Source of the DNA: Phoronis australis
Taxonomy: Eukaryota > Animalia > Phoronida
Length of the DNA: 64,000 nucleotides
NCBI GenBank assembly: GCA_002633005.1
Contig: NMRA01000007.1
Location: 1,605,697-1,669,696 of the forward strand
Reading direction: 5' to 3'
The notes beneath the pieces were generated by a model, which was not told where the DNA came from, did no database searches, and worked only from the letters and a program-made list of their open reading frames with translations. Made by a program: the position numbers and the translations under genes. Of the stretch, positions 23,732 to 36,775 are shown piece by piece (the first letter of the stretch is position 1; every line of letters begins with the position of its first letter).

Positions 23732-24632
23732 AGGGACACTACCATTTTTACGACCGAAAAACGCATTTTGGGACTATTGTTGGATGAGATAGACTTTAGA
23801 AGTTATTTGCTTTGATCACAGCTATTAAACAACAAAATCCATTGTCTTTGTGAGTTTATTTCAAATCGCCAATTCTCGACTGTGTATGCCAGACATTCGC
23901 TGAAAACAAGGCAGGTTCTGCTATTTAACGCGTGGTATCACGGCTCAGCGGCCGCATCGTGTGTGCGTTGACATTGGGAGATCATTTTAACTCCCATAAT
24001 TTATCGAATATTTTGTAACAGCTTGCAAAGAAGTACAGCGGCTAAGTAGGATTACATCAAAACAAATTAACGCGGAGAGCATTCTAACACTATTTACAAA
24101 GCATAATGTTTATTTTTCTGACTTTTCCACTTGCACACATTATTTAATGTTGATAACCAAGATGTCAGCATATCACATAAGACCGGTTGTCCGCATAATA
24201 CTGTAAATGGAATTTCGTGAAATCCTTTGAAACCGTGGCTTCATAATCTTGCTAATACTCTTCAAGAGAGAACTAAACACCGCCACCCATTTTATACTTC
24301 GTACAAACCATATTTCCTCCGAGTACACATAGCACAAGCGATATCAAGTAACAAGAAGTAACTGCACGATTGGACACAACTAGTTTCTCATACAGATTAG
24401 ATGCGACTTCGGGGTTTGGAGAGAACCAACAGTAACCGTAATTGCTTGAAACCACGCTCAGTAAATTGCCGGGATTGACCCAGCGGGTTATTTTGTGCAC
24501 CAAGGATGGTCTCAAACGATAACACCATAATCTCAGACAGAGTTCTTCCGTTAAACTTTGAATCACTTCTAATCTGCGAACGAAGCAAGTCGAGACAAGT
24601 TTTCCGGTCATTTTTTTACAGCAAGTGGCCCT
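23732..24632 (+). mobile_element. Kolobok-like non-autonomous element (TTAA|AGGGACACT... left end, degenerate right end)
   Basis: Left end ttaa-agggacactacc...cgaccgaaaaac; right end gttttccggtca...aagtggccct-ataa. The left ~580 bp match 200-735. Confidence 0.65.
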
Positions 24633-24869
24633 ATAACCAGTTCACTTGGTATTTGACTAACCCGAGGCACGGTGGTTTGGAATATCTTAAAACGACTATA
24701 AACCCGCCTTTCTTCACAAAAACTTTTGATTTAGACAATTTACAGTTATAAAATCGTGAGGTGCTTTCAGGGCTGCGAAAGAACCGGCATTTCAATATTG
24801 AATAAGAGGAGGCTCTAAAATATGGCTTTTCACATTTTGTGCGTTGCGCATGCTCAAGAAATAACAAGT

Positions 24870-25065
24870 CCAGCCTCCCGTTCAGTAACGCCAGGACCTC
24901 GCTAAAAAGCAAGACTTCGCGAGATTACGCGAGATATTTCCGTGTATTTTAAATGAGAATACGTGGCTTTGACTAGGTTTTAGCTAAAATACACGGCAAT
25001 ATCTCGTGTAATCTCGCGAAGTCTTGCTTTTTAGCGAGGTTCTAGCGTTACTGAATGGGAGGCAG
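24870..25065. mobile_element. Palindromic MITE, family P2 (related copies ~35018-35140 and ~50105-50235)
   Basis: gcctcccgttcagtaacgccaggacctcgctaaaaagcaagacttcgcgagattacgcgagatatt ... aatatctcgtgtaatctcgcgaagtcttgctttttagcgaggttctagcgttactgaatgggaggc. Confidence 0.85.
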
Positions 25066-26523
25066 AATTCTCTTCTCATTTGAATAAGGAACAAGTTGAG
25101 ACAAATTTCATAGCGGTAAGTGGTCTAAACCAAACGTTCACTTCTTGGACGGAAGGCGGGTTTATGACCTTTTAATCGCTATATGGTCAGTTTTAAATTC
25201 TTTTCTGTGAGCCCCGTACACTCTTATTGAGAAATAATGTATAGCCACGCAATGAGGTCATCACTCCTTCTATAAGCGAAAACGTGCATTTTGAGAACAT
25301 TTAAAAATGCAACGACTTCGTCCACCATTCTTCTCATGGATTTTTGCCAATCAACCGCGACCAAAATGTTGTATAAGAGCTGAGAATTTCACGTTTGAAT
25401 TAATGGTTTCGTTCACACCAGAATCCAAAGACCCTGAATCTGTGCCCATATAGTAATATACTCGAATGTAAGGCCACGACCAGATATACCAAATTTTAGG
25501 ATACTAGTTACTTGTCTCCCGGAGCTGTTGTATTGAGAAAAAATCTGAGTTTCAGAAATTGTTGTGCACAAGGAGGGCCAAATACGCCAAACTTCGACAC
25601 TGTAAATTCCCGAAAACAGCTGTGGTTCGCATTGTTTCCTAGTATTAGATAAGGTAACGCGGAGACAACATATAACAAGTGATAATTTAACAGGAATAAG
25701 AAAGCATGACTTAAACAAACTGTTTTCCACTGCATGATACTTTGAAATGTTAATACATGTATAAGTGACTCATATGCCCCCTGTAGGCATTTTCCAAAAA
25801 ATCACAAAAATAGAAACTAACTAAACTATAGGATTCCTTGACTAAAATAACTGAATGTGAACCTTGCTAATGGAAAACGACAACAATGTATGGCCTCTTC
25901 TAAACAAAGAGACACCACAAATCTCTACTCACCACAAACAATTTCCAACAGACAATAAGCCTACTATAAATACAAAGTTGCCTAAAACGGGCTCAGAATA
26001 TAATGTATGGCATAATTACTTGACAAAAGAAAGCTAGATTTACCCTTTATCAAAGACATCTATCTATGAAGCAACTCTTTCATAAAAAATTGACTCACTC
26101 ATGCCAAAAAGTCTACACAGGAAGACAGTAAGTTGGCATCCTACCAGAACCTTTAGATCAAGTTTTCCAAAATAAATAAGTGTTTAATAAACTACAACTG
26201 TTCTTTACGGGCCATGTTATGAGCTGAGGGTCGCTCTGTAGTCATCACCATTTATGGTTTCTACAGTGCTCGATTGGTCAGATAGCGACATCTGATGTCC
26301 ATGCATTTACCATGTGTGGGAAGTTACAGCATCGCCTTAGCCAAACAGAAGGCAGAAGTATCGGTGGTGTGTAATAACATTTATCCACGCATTTAATGAC
26401 ATAGCATCGCGCGTATAGGGTAAAAATAACTTAGACAGATTACACTTGCAGCAAACGTCGACTGTTAACTTTCAAGCTGACATTCAAATGGCACAGATTC
26501 TAGTAGTGACTCGCCTTCTAAAG

Positions 26524-29500
26524 TTACGAATTGTCGACACCATTGGGAGAGGTTTTCGGTGGTGGCCCCATGTTCTCGCGTTCCGCTTCTGCAAGTTCCA
26601 ATTCTCGTGCAATACCGTGAATCACGTGACCTGCGGGAGTACCGTACGCGGCGGCGCTCTGAACATGCTTTGTCTGGTCATCAAAAAAAATATGCGGTTT
26701 AATTGACTCCAAGATCGGTCCCTTTGGTGCGCCAGCTAGGAAATGCACTTCGTCAATATGCAGCCCCCAGGAACGCAATGTCAACAGCGCGCGCTCACCA
26801 GCGCTGGCAGCGCTCCTAGCTGTAACGATGTACGTGCGCAGAGGACTTTTAGCATCAATGAGGTTGTTGTCGCGGAATTTCTTTTGCATACGCCCCAAAG
26901 CTTCGGCAAATTTCTTTAGAGGCCCCTGTAAACACCGAAAAAAACACTGATAAAAAGAGCCACACGTTTTCAGTAATCGTTAAGGAGCAGTAGAAGCATG
27001 CAACATCGACTTCTCCCAAAACATTTTAAGAGTTTTCCGTTGATTTTTTGTTTTATCCAACCAAACAAGATTACACGTTGCATGACAGGCGCATTAGTGC
27101 AGTCTTTCGGTTTTAAATAGGTGATAACTTAAGTTTCGCTAATTGACAATTTCCACTTACCCCCTGTAAGGGTGTGTTCACGTGGTCTTTCTCCCACTTA
27201 AAGAAAGCTGGAAGCCCACCCGCCTTTCCTATGCGTTCTGTTTCGTCGGCAAAAAGTACCGCGTCTAAATCAAAGGCGACTCGTAGCTGCTTCTTGATGG
27301 GGTTCTCCACCTTCTGTTTCGACAGCGATGCCGAAGCGATTCCTGGAATTTAAATAAGGGCCTGCAACCTCAAGATAGATGAAGTTTGAGACGGTTTAAA
27401 TGGCCTACGATACACCGTAAAGGCTCTACCAAGAATACAGAACAACCGTGGGAAACTATCCATTACGCTTCCCTGCTGTTCATGAATTATGAAAATAGAA
27501 AAATTAAAAGAAAACAAGTCCCGTGTAGCATGAGAGCAAGTACATGTACGCCGGACTGATTGTTGAACAGCACAGACTCACGGCTCTTGCCTTGACGCCA
27601 ATTGTCGGCAATGGTTTTCAAAGATGGTGCTGAATGGAGATTTAACATGGGGCGTTACCGTAGGCGTAAGGCTATTCTCAAGAAAAGTTAAGGTCATTAC
27701 GTGCATCGTTTATAATGTATCGCCATAAAGACTTGCGGGAATTAGCTTCATCGCGAGTGTCTGCCGTCTACAAAAAAGCTGTATTTCGCCGTTTGAGGGT
27801 AAAAGAATCAATTCGATTCTTGTTTTCAGTCTGATAAAATCGGTCTCATAATATTCTTTACTGTTAAAGGATTCTAGTTTCCTTACTAATAAGAGTAGCG
27901 AAACCATCAAGAAAACGCGTGCTTCAGAGTTTAATGGGTTAGCCAAACAAGTGCACAAGCGTTGCCGGCTCATTCGGCAATAGTAAAGATCAGATGAGCG
28001 TGGTAATGTTTTAAACTTCAAAGCGCTTCGACTGGGAATTCAACATGGACAGGTAAACAGCGTCGAAATTCAGCTTTAACTGTGATCTACTCTTTTCATT
28101 TCTAACATGCAATTCGATCATTACCCATTTTCAGTGCTTCTTCGACTTCCTCAGGATGAGAGGTCAGGAATAAAGTAGCGTTGTAGGCTTGTAAATAACT
28201 GTCTACAGGATTGACGCCCCCTGTTAGGCACATACGCTCGATGTTCAGATCTGAAAGCAAGGTGGAGTTCACAACATGACACCAGTCATAGCCTAACCAA
28301 ACTCGCATTTATCAAGAATATAAGACAGAAGCAAAACACTACTATAGTGCCACTTTGTGATAAACAACTGTTAGTACATGCTGAATGGGCAGAGGAGGAT
28401 TGCAACAAATTTATGTGCGTTTTCATTTTGAAGAATGAAAAGACAATGCATTAAAATTCCGACAGCATCCTGATAACGCAAATGTATCTTCGTATAACTA
28501 CAAGTCGCCCAGAAATCGTCAACTGTCGAACGAATAATTTTAAGTAAAGGCAGAACAGTATTTAAACGGAGACAGCTTTTCATCGTCTTAGACTAGGTAC
28601 AGACGGCGAGCTCCCATACCTGCCTCAAATGCAAGAAAGAAAAAGCGCATAGTTACCTATTCCTTACGTCAGCCAACACTAATTAATGTGTATCATTTTA
28701 CTCATACCTGAATGGAAAAAATCCAAAACCTGCAAAATTTTTGAAGAAAGTTGCAGGTCCAATGGGAGCTACATCACAGTTTGTCAATTTTTTCATTTCA
28801 GATTTTCATGTATCTCGTTTATTTCATTTTCGGCTATTGCAACTATGCGTCGCTTGTAGGGACCAGTTGGGCTAGTTCATTCAAATGCAGTCTTATTTTC
28901 CTTCGTTGAATGAAATGGCAAGTAATACAGCTGATCGTGTTCCCTGTTTCTAAGGCAAATGGAACGTGTCACTGTGATCTCCATTACCGAACGGCTAAAT
29001 CTCACTGGCCGATAAAGCTTATTAACCAAGCATGTTGACATCTCACCTCGTCCCTCCTGAGGGTTTACAAGATGACAAATCAATAGAAATTCGCCCTTCA
29101 GTGTCTCGCAAGGTAAAATCTTACGCTTAATCTACAGCAGGCATGAGCTAACCTTCACTTGAGGCAGCAGGATAGGCTCGCAACAGTTTATCTACGCCAG
29201 ATCTAAGCAGAAATCTAAGCACTCGTTCAAGGAGTACCCACTGTGATAATTAATAGACTTGATGAGTCGCACCCCCGCTTCGGCATGTACGTGACTCATC
29301 ATTATCACGTTGAAGATCTCTTGCTCGGTCGGGTCTATCCGCTTTAAAGCGGCATTCACGTGTTCCAACGCCTAGAGTGCAAAAACGGAACCAATGCTGA
29401 ATAATAAGCAGTGCAGTAATTATTTCAATACTAGTGTGCGTAAAAACAACATCTCATTTTCAAAGAAGTAGACCCACACTCGAAAACTGTACTGGTAACT

Positions 29501-30301
29501 TCGTTTCGAAATTATATACAGGCCCGTTTCACGTTAAATTAAAAGAACAGCGGCAGAGGCTTTTGCAGAATGGCTGGTCCTTCTAAAACACACCAAAGTA
29601 AATGAATTACGTTATTATTACTTAAGCATTTCAATGCCCGCTGATCTGGCGCGGTCTGGAAGTTTTCAACCGAAACGCACAATTAACTTACGGATATAAA
29701 CGGGAATGCGGTTCCAGGCTCAAGAGGCTCACTCTCGTGCGACATCTGGTGCTTAATATAACTGTCTAGTCCTTCATTCTTGAAGACGGCCGATTCTTCC
29801 TCTTGACTGAATAAGGCTGCACTGGACACAGCTATATTTACAGCCGACTTTGGAGAAGTCTGAAACAGTTCATCAACATCTTGTTTTGTTTATTTTAATC
29901 TAATCGGCAACACATTTTTTTTCACTACAAGGGTGTTAAGTTTTAGGGACAGTCTAAAAACTACCCTTGGGTTTCATGGGCGGTAATCGTACCCTTTCCA
30001 TGGGTGGGCCGCAATGCACTTATCACTGACGCAACCCTTATTACAGTACACAAAACACTCCAAGAATTTTCAACACACGCGAAGCGCACAGAAGCTGAAC
30101 TTAATTGAGGTACATTTACTAACGGACAAAAACATTTTGTCGCGGTAAATTCGCCCCCATGCATGACAAGGGCCATCTGTTTTACGTGTGCACAATGTAA
30201 AATCAGTATTGCTTTGCTTTCCTATGTTGTCTCACTTCAGCATTGTCAAACGTCGTTCCTAACAAGATGACCACAGAGTNTCCCACTTCCCTTGACATCA
30301 T
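26524..30301 (-). CDS. NT5C1A: Cytosolic 5'-nucleotidase I-like (cN-I, NT5C1A/B family; HAD fold). Exons 30301-30236 (tentative, contains an N), 29859-29692, 29371-29242, 28250-28125, 27342-27161, 26925-26524
   Basis: Phase-compatible GT-AG exons encode [65 protein letters not shown] and [55 protein letters not shown], the hallmark cN-I motifs. The first coding exon is uncertain. Confidence 0.92.
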
Positions 30302-32301
30302 CGTGCAAACCTGTAGGTGTTCAAATGGAACCCTCCTGGGGTCCTCATATTAGTTTCCCACTAGACACAGCAGTATGGCTTCGACAGGCACAACTATGCA
30401 TCCTATAAAGAAAATTAGTGACTAAAGAATTTGCGGATCAACACCGAGTTGTTTTCTCATCTCGGTTCATGAAACTTACAGAGATGAATAAATTATACTC
30501 CACACGCACACGCACACACAGTGCCCAAACGAACACACGTTTACATGATATCACGGTGCCTTGTTGATTTCTTCTCGCAATCCACATCTTTCCAAGTCAT
30601 TAACAGATTCTTCTCGGGATCTCTTAAATCCCGGACATTTTTGCTTTCACCTGGAGAGCCTTCGCGTATGCACTTGGGGACAAATTGATAATTGTGAGTT
30701 GTATTATTACGTCTACTGTTTAATATGACAATCGATTTTTGAGTACTTTGTTTCAATTGACTAGTGGGGTGCATCCCATGAAAAACCTGCTGTCGAGTTG
30801 CGAATTTGCCATAAAACCTGGGTTTAGAGACTACTTGAAATACAAAGCATGGCGTAAACTAGTGAAGTACATCGTAAAACATATCTGTGGACTCGTTGAG
30901 GAGGAAGTTTCCGGATTGTCTGTGTGCATGCCTGTTTGTTGCTTGCTCGATATACACGTTTTCTTAGCCTAAGGGATATATGACCGAAAGGCCAGTGAAG
31001 ACATATTTTGTGTAGTTTTCCAACTGCAGGGCAATACACGTTATGCAACAAGATGATGACGATTATCTCCTGCTTCCTCTCACGAGTGAACTATCTTTAC
31101 AGCGTGTATCCTACACATGTACAGCCACTTACAAACAGATACTTTACCATACTTTTCAAACGAAGGCCCAAGGAAAACATGAAAACATAGACCTAGATTT
31201 CCAGGGCAAATTCAGTCAGATTCTAAAATTTAAAAAGACGCATTTTATGATGTGAAGTTGTCGGTTTCGGTTTTCACTAGAAGAAGGTTAGTAAACACAG
31301 TCCCACGTAAATCAATGCCATAGCCACCGTTGCAAATCGTTGAAACGAAGGTGACAAATAATTTAAATCTTGGTCACTTATTTTGATCAGAAATTTTATT
31401 AATCAATTTCTACAGTTCTACGGATTGTGATCTGACAGGAAACTAAATAAGGGGGCAGTTTATGTTCGTGCATTCATGAATATTTAACTTATAAATCACT
31501 GTATTTCAGAATGAATTACAACCCATCACTACGAAATAAAACATTCGAGGGGTGTATGAAAGAAACGCCAACTGAGTTGTGTTCCGTAAGGCTTAATTTT
31601 TGCTAGTTTGGCGTGGCACAAGTATTCGAGGGATATCGCCACGCCCCTACAAGCGAAAAATGCGATCTCACTATCTTTCACTCGCCATTATCTTGCGTTA
31701 GAGAGCCGGTCCGTTTGCAAAATAATCCAATGATTGCTTTGTCGTTTCCCAAATTATTACAAAATAGTCAATTTCTTATAAAGCTAAATGCTTGGGTAAG
31801 TATCTTCTACTGTCCCAGAAGTTAAAAACATCAAAAACAAAAATTACCAACGAATCATCCAGACTTGTAGTCACGAAAACTGAAAACCCTAAACATTGCT
31901 ATTTAAGTTACATACTTGGAACTAGAGTACTGCTGTTGTCTCTCAGTTAGTGATTAATTGCCACTGTTGTTTTCTTATTGAAAGGCGAATAGGTAAAAAC
32001 ATCCACATGTATTTAATAAAATAAAAGTGTATATAACACAACAACCCATCTATTAGGAAAAAATCAAGGTCATACCTCATTTTCATCTAAACAATCTTAA
32101 AGTGGCCCCTGTTAAATACCATTCATTGAAACACAAATAGAATCTAATAAATTATCACCCCTAATGAGACTCAAAAAATCTAAAAAGTCTTTTCATCACG
32201 ATTTTCTAATTTTTTTAATATTCTTCCACAGTCCTTAATTTGCCAGCCTTCAGCTGGCCAATGCAACTGGTCGCAGACTCTCGATAACAGTTTTGGCGAC
32301 C

Positions 32302-33702
32302 TCATTTTCGTTTTGACTTCCTGGAATTTTGGTGAAGTCTCATATGGCGAGCTGGCACCAACCTATGTGTCGAGCACTGTTCGAAGTTCAATAACTCCTT
32401 CAGACCAATCAAATCCTTTATGACACCGTATGTGCAAAGCTGGTCTATGCTCCCCAGAATAGAGCGGCCACCTGATGCACGCTGCATGGACTTCCGGACG
32501 GAAATGACAGACAGTTATTGAAGAGACAAAGGGCTGTGAAGGTGGCGTCTCAGCATTCCGATATATCGAGGATCTACTTTATAAAACATCAGTTCTTCTG
32601 CGTCGATCCACTGCTCACCATGTATAGGATATCCACTAGCTTCAAGGAGGTGAAAAAATTGTACCAATTTCTCCGTAGAGTATTTGTTACGAGCCGGAAC
32701 TTGTTTCAAAAGAACGAAGCTTAATTTTCTGATTCTATGGTTACGATGTATGACGTATCGTGGGCATGCAATTTTGTCAGCATTGACAACTGCGCCATGC
32801 TTAATTAAGCACCGAACTATTTCCAAGGAAGGCTTCTTCTTGAGACAAGCCAAATCAACAGCACGCATACCCTTGCTAGTTACAGCATTGTAATTAGCCC
32901 AATAGTGTAGGAGAATGTCCACAATGACTTCCTTGGCGTCGTGTGCTGACACTGCAGAATGAAGTGGCGTAAAGCCATTCCCATCCTTGATGTTGACATG
33001 CGCACCAACCTTTAAAAGAAATTTAACAACTTCTTCTTGACCCGACCTCACAGCGAGATGGAGAGGGGTCATGTTTGAACGGTTCTGTGGCTGATTAACA
33101 TTCGCACCCAAACTCACCAGGCATTTAACAGCTTGAAGGCTGCTTTCAGAAGCCAAGCCAAGTGCAGGGCGCCCACTGCCGTCAACAATCAAGCCAGCAC
33201 CAGCTTTGTGCAACATTTGGATCATTTCAACATTTTCAGAGCGTATAGCGTAAAACAATGGTAATCGCTGGCTCCCAGGCTCTCCGGGAATGTCCGCGCG
33301 TCCAAGACAATCTACTTTAGCACCGTGCTCTAACAGAACTTTGACCACTTCCTTATGAGATGAGCGAACAGCCAAAGTCAGAGGTGACTCAGCTCCATTT
33401 TCGTAGCTCACAGCGGCCCCGGCTTTCAGTAACATTTTAACAATATTCAAGCGACCTTTTCTTGCCGCGTAGTGCAAGGGACCCCATCCGTCATTTCCAC
33501 ATAAATTTGAAGAGGCTCCATTCTTTAACAGAACATCCACTACTTTTTTGTGACCGTTTTCACAAGACACGTGAAGTGCTGTTCGTCCCCACAGCCCACA
33601 GCCTTTGTCTACACTGTCTGGGTATTCTTTCAGGATGATCTTCACTTCATTAGCTCTGCCTTCTTCCGCGGCAGAATGTAACGGCAACCAATTAAGCTCC
33701 AT
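32302..33702 (-). CDS. Ankyrin repeat (~9 repeats) and SOCS-box protein (ASB-type), single coding exon. The ORF stops at 32515 inside the SOCS box and the frame continues to 32302, so it may be a pseudogene or null allele.
   Basis: The 395-aa ORF has TALH/TPLH..G..VV..LL..GA.VN repeats and ends HSPLSLQ*LSVISVRKSMQ...SIDQL...IKDLI, a SOCS box split by TAA. A splice acceptor ttttgcag lies 7 nt upstream of the ATG. Confidence 0.88.
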
Positions 33703-35471
33703 CGTTCATCTGCAAAACGAAGACATCAACTTTCATTCGGATTTAATAGACGAGTCTCTGACACTGCACATCGTCTTTAGCGCCATGGCAATTAATGGCC
33801 ATAGACTAGAGCAACAGTCGATATTTCTTACCAACTTATCGCATCCAATGAATGACCATTCTTCTTAGAAATAAACACGGTGGGCGCGTGGTGTAACTGT
33901 TGGTGGTTGCTGTTATTTCCAAAAATACGTGACTGCTCTGGGGAATAAGAGAGCCGTGCTTCAGCAAATGCCAGCAGCGATATCCTCATTTCAATCAGAC
34001 GAACTGACAACATAAGACAGTATGACTTTCAAAGAAATCCTGAAGCTCCTGCACAGAGTCAAATGGTCCTTACAACTATACTAGGCCTAACCAAAGCCCT
34101 CAAAATATAGGTCTACCGATAGTTTACTAGATTAGTGGAGCTGGAATACCATATAAGTTCAAGCAAGTTGTTCTAGACGAGTTAACAGCCGCAAAACTCG
34201 ACACTAAGTGTCACACCTGTCACAATGAAATGACCACCCCAGAACGTGCAAAACCTGACGTGCAATTGCCGTAAAACAATCTAAGAACAGGCTAATTTGA
34301 TAAAATAATATTTTCGTGCCGAAAATTGCCCTTATTGTCATGACTAACGATTATAAGGTACTAGCGTGCCTTGTCTAAAAATGTTACATGCAATGCCCTG
34401 TTTGTGACGATAGATGAAGCCCTGTTAATCTCATTCGCCATCCTACAAATGCTATATGAAACCAAGTGCCATCTCAAACATCTCTCATCTGAGTTGTGAG
34501 CCAGAGATGATACCCCAGAGATTTAAAGGTAGTTCACAACTCAAAGTGTCGAAAACGTCGACGTTCGTTGGTTGTAATGTTGATGAAGAAGACAACCACA
34601 TATTTTAAAAATCTACAGATGATTTTAATCTTAAAACATTGAAAACAAATCAATGGCATACCACTGAAAATCGTACCGTAAACTGATGAGCGGTATTGTA
34701 GTAATTTTAAACATACAAGATATGACCTGTTTTGACTTCTCATCCCAGTAACGAGTTTTAATTTCGCTGCAATGAGTTTTGGCTAGGCGCAAAAACTTTA
34801 AAAATTTCCGCGACAAAATTATTTTCATAACTAGCTAGTTTTAGTGACTAACTATTCTAGTTTGTCATTCTAACTTTAAAATTTTGCATCTAAACATGTA
34901 TAGGAACACTTTGATTTTCCTTAATTAAAGTTAATTTTGATTTTGACTAACATCTAGTCGCTAAAATTGGAACTTGCTCTACTGAGCAACAGCTGTCACT
35001 GAAAAGTATGTCACACCAGGGTAGAGTTCAGTAGCTGGCTCACGGCTAGAAAAATGTAGCCAAAATCACGTATTCTCATTAAAATACAAAGGCAACATCT
35101 CACGTAATCTCACGAGGCCCAGCAAACTGAACTCAACCCAGTTTAGTGTACACATTTGAAACATACCCAATTATCTGCATTGTAGAGGTTGTGGAATGGA
35201 CACGGTCCACTACTGAAATTGAACTCTTCTAGAGTTTGGAATTTGTATTGTGGACAACACTGCTATCACTTGTGTCATACTAATATACCAAAACTTGACA
35301 TGTGTAGTAACTTCCTTAGCATATGTAGTATGTAAGCAGCACCTGGTATGCTTTTAAGAAAACATTAACATTTCACCTTTCATACAGACACTATAAACAA
35401 TATGCACCAGAAGTTGAGACCATGAATAGTCAATGCTGAAGTTGTGAGTGGCTGTACAAACATGTGGATTG

Positions 35472-35755
35472 GTATGACGTCATACCCACTGGCGTGTGCA
35501 GTATTAAAAATGGTGAGTTACCGATTTTGGGAACTGAACGAGAGACTGCTAAAAAAGAAAAAGTTTGATACCTGGAGTATTTGCTCGAGTTGGAAGGAAC
35601 ACACCCACTGCTTCCTATGGCTAAGGTGTTCCTCTATGACTATGCGCAAAAGGTATTTATAACAACCTAGTATTGATGTTTTAGTCAATACGAGGCATAA
35701 TTCGCCGAAAATCTTCCGGCGTATGAAGCGTCTATAGGAGCTTCACCGTCTCTAC
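35472..35755 (+). mobile_element. Partial copy of the TIR element at 55440-55749
   Basis: Shared attttgggaactgaacgag.gactgct, tcgagttggaaggaa, gaggcataatt.gc.gaaaa.cttcc.gcgtatg and ataggagct.cacc.tct.ta. Confidence 0.75.
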
Positions 35756-35839
35756 TGCGGAGCCAGTAGAGACAGGGGTCACTGACACTGTCTCTACTGT
35801 GGAGCCAGTAGTGACAGGGGTCACTGACACTGTCTCTAC
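35749..35839. repeat. ~42-bp tandem duplication
   Basis: tctctactg(c/t)ggagccagtag(a/t)gacaggggtcactgacactg x2 plus tctctac. Confidence 0.9.
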
Positions 35840-36638
35840 ATAGAGTACCTAATTATCGGACGGACCTAAATATCGGACATTTCATAAAATCTTACTTGAA
35901 GCATAATCTGAGAATTAAATGACACCAATTTTTGTTCTGCTGTAATGCATTCAATGTAAGGCACTGTCTCGTTTTTTTACAGTTGCCATGTTTTGATTTC
36001 ACCGAGAGAGGGTGCAGTTTAGACCCCCAAGTCAGCCTAAAATGGAAGATCGCATGAATAGGTTATAAAAGTTGAAAACAAAATCTTTTTCCACTATGAA
36101 ATCATCTCATTGAACTGACAATATGTCACTGTTTCATTTTTTCATTAGCTTTCAAACTCAAGTCAAACCCTGCCCGCGCACGTGTGGGTGTCATATCAAG
36201 AAGGCAAAGAGATACTAAAAACTGCATTGAGTTTGCACATGCTTTATTCGTCTGCACTGAATCATCGAAACGACTTGGGCAGTCATCAGATTTCATTTTA
36301 TGGATAACTTTGTTGTGAATGGAGCTGTGTTCTAGCAGCATGTATGTCAAAACACTCGAGCTGAAATTTGGCAACAAGGTGCCCACGGCCATTACTTGGT
36401 TAGTCAGTTTTCCGCGGTGTGGCGTATGGGGAAACATGGTGTCCGAGGGTTTGTTAGTTGTATTTTCTAAAGATCAATCAGAACATAAATGTGGCTTTCG
36501 GTGACAAGATATTGTAACAGAACAATTCCGTAAAGGCAAGTCTTTATTTCAGCAAAGAATTTACAACCGTCCGTAGTATTTTCAATTAAATATAATGCAA
36601 AATGTGGCAAAACGTCCGATAATTAGGTTACTTAACTG
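35839..36638. mobile_element. Tc1/mariner-pogo type MITE (~800 bp, TA-flanked)
   Basis: TA-CATAGAGTACCTAATTATCGGACG ... CGTCCGATAATTAGGTTACTTAACTG-TA; internal repeat of the TIR core (acctaaatatcggac). Confidence 0.75.
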
Positions 36639-36658
36639 TATAAATTCCTAGTTGAGTC

Positions 36659-36775
36659 CACAGGCGTCCTCAGCTTCTGATCGTCCCCAATACACTACAC
36701 TATATGTAGTGTATCCCCAATACACTACATATAGTGTAGTGTATTGGGGACAATCAGAAGCTGAGGACGCCTGTG
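36659..36775. repeat. 56-bp-arm inverted repeat (1 mismatch, 5-nt spacer) with nested palindromes
   Basis: cacaggcgtcctcagcttctgatcgtccccaatacactacactatatgtagtgtat-cccca-atacactacatatagtgtagtgtattggggacaatcagaagctgaggacgcctgtg. Confidence 0.95.

Noticed and set aside
200-24306. Two ~550-bp direct repeats 23.5 kb apart read as LTRs or long terminal direct repeats of one giant element
   Set aside because: The enclosed region holds a normal host gene (OSTalpha) and no gag/pol or intact transposase. The second copy has its own TIR-like ends, so these are better explained as independent family copies.
30541-30774. 77-aa minus-strand ORF as the first exon of the nucleotidase
   Set aside because: No phase-0 donor compatible with exon 29859 and no homology; the 30301-30236 candidate fits better
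32515-32517. Selenocysteine or programmed readthrough at the ASB stop
   Set aside because: The codon is TAA, not TGA, and is the least leaky stop; no SECIS was identified
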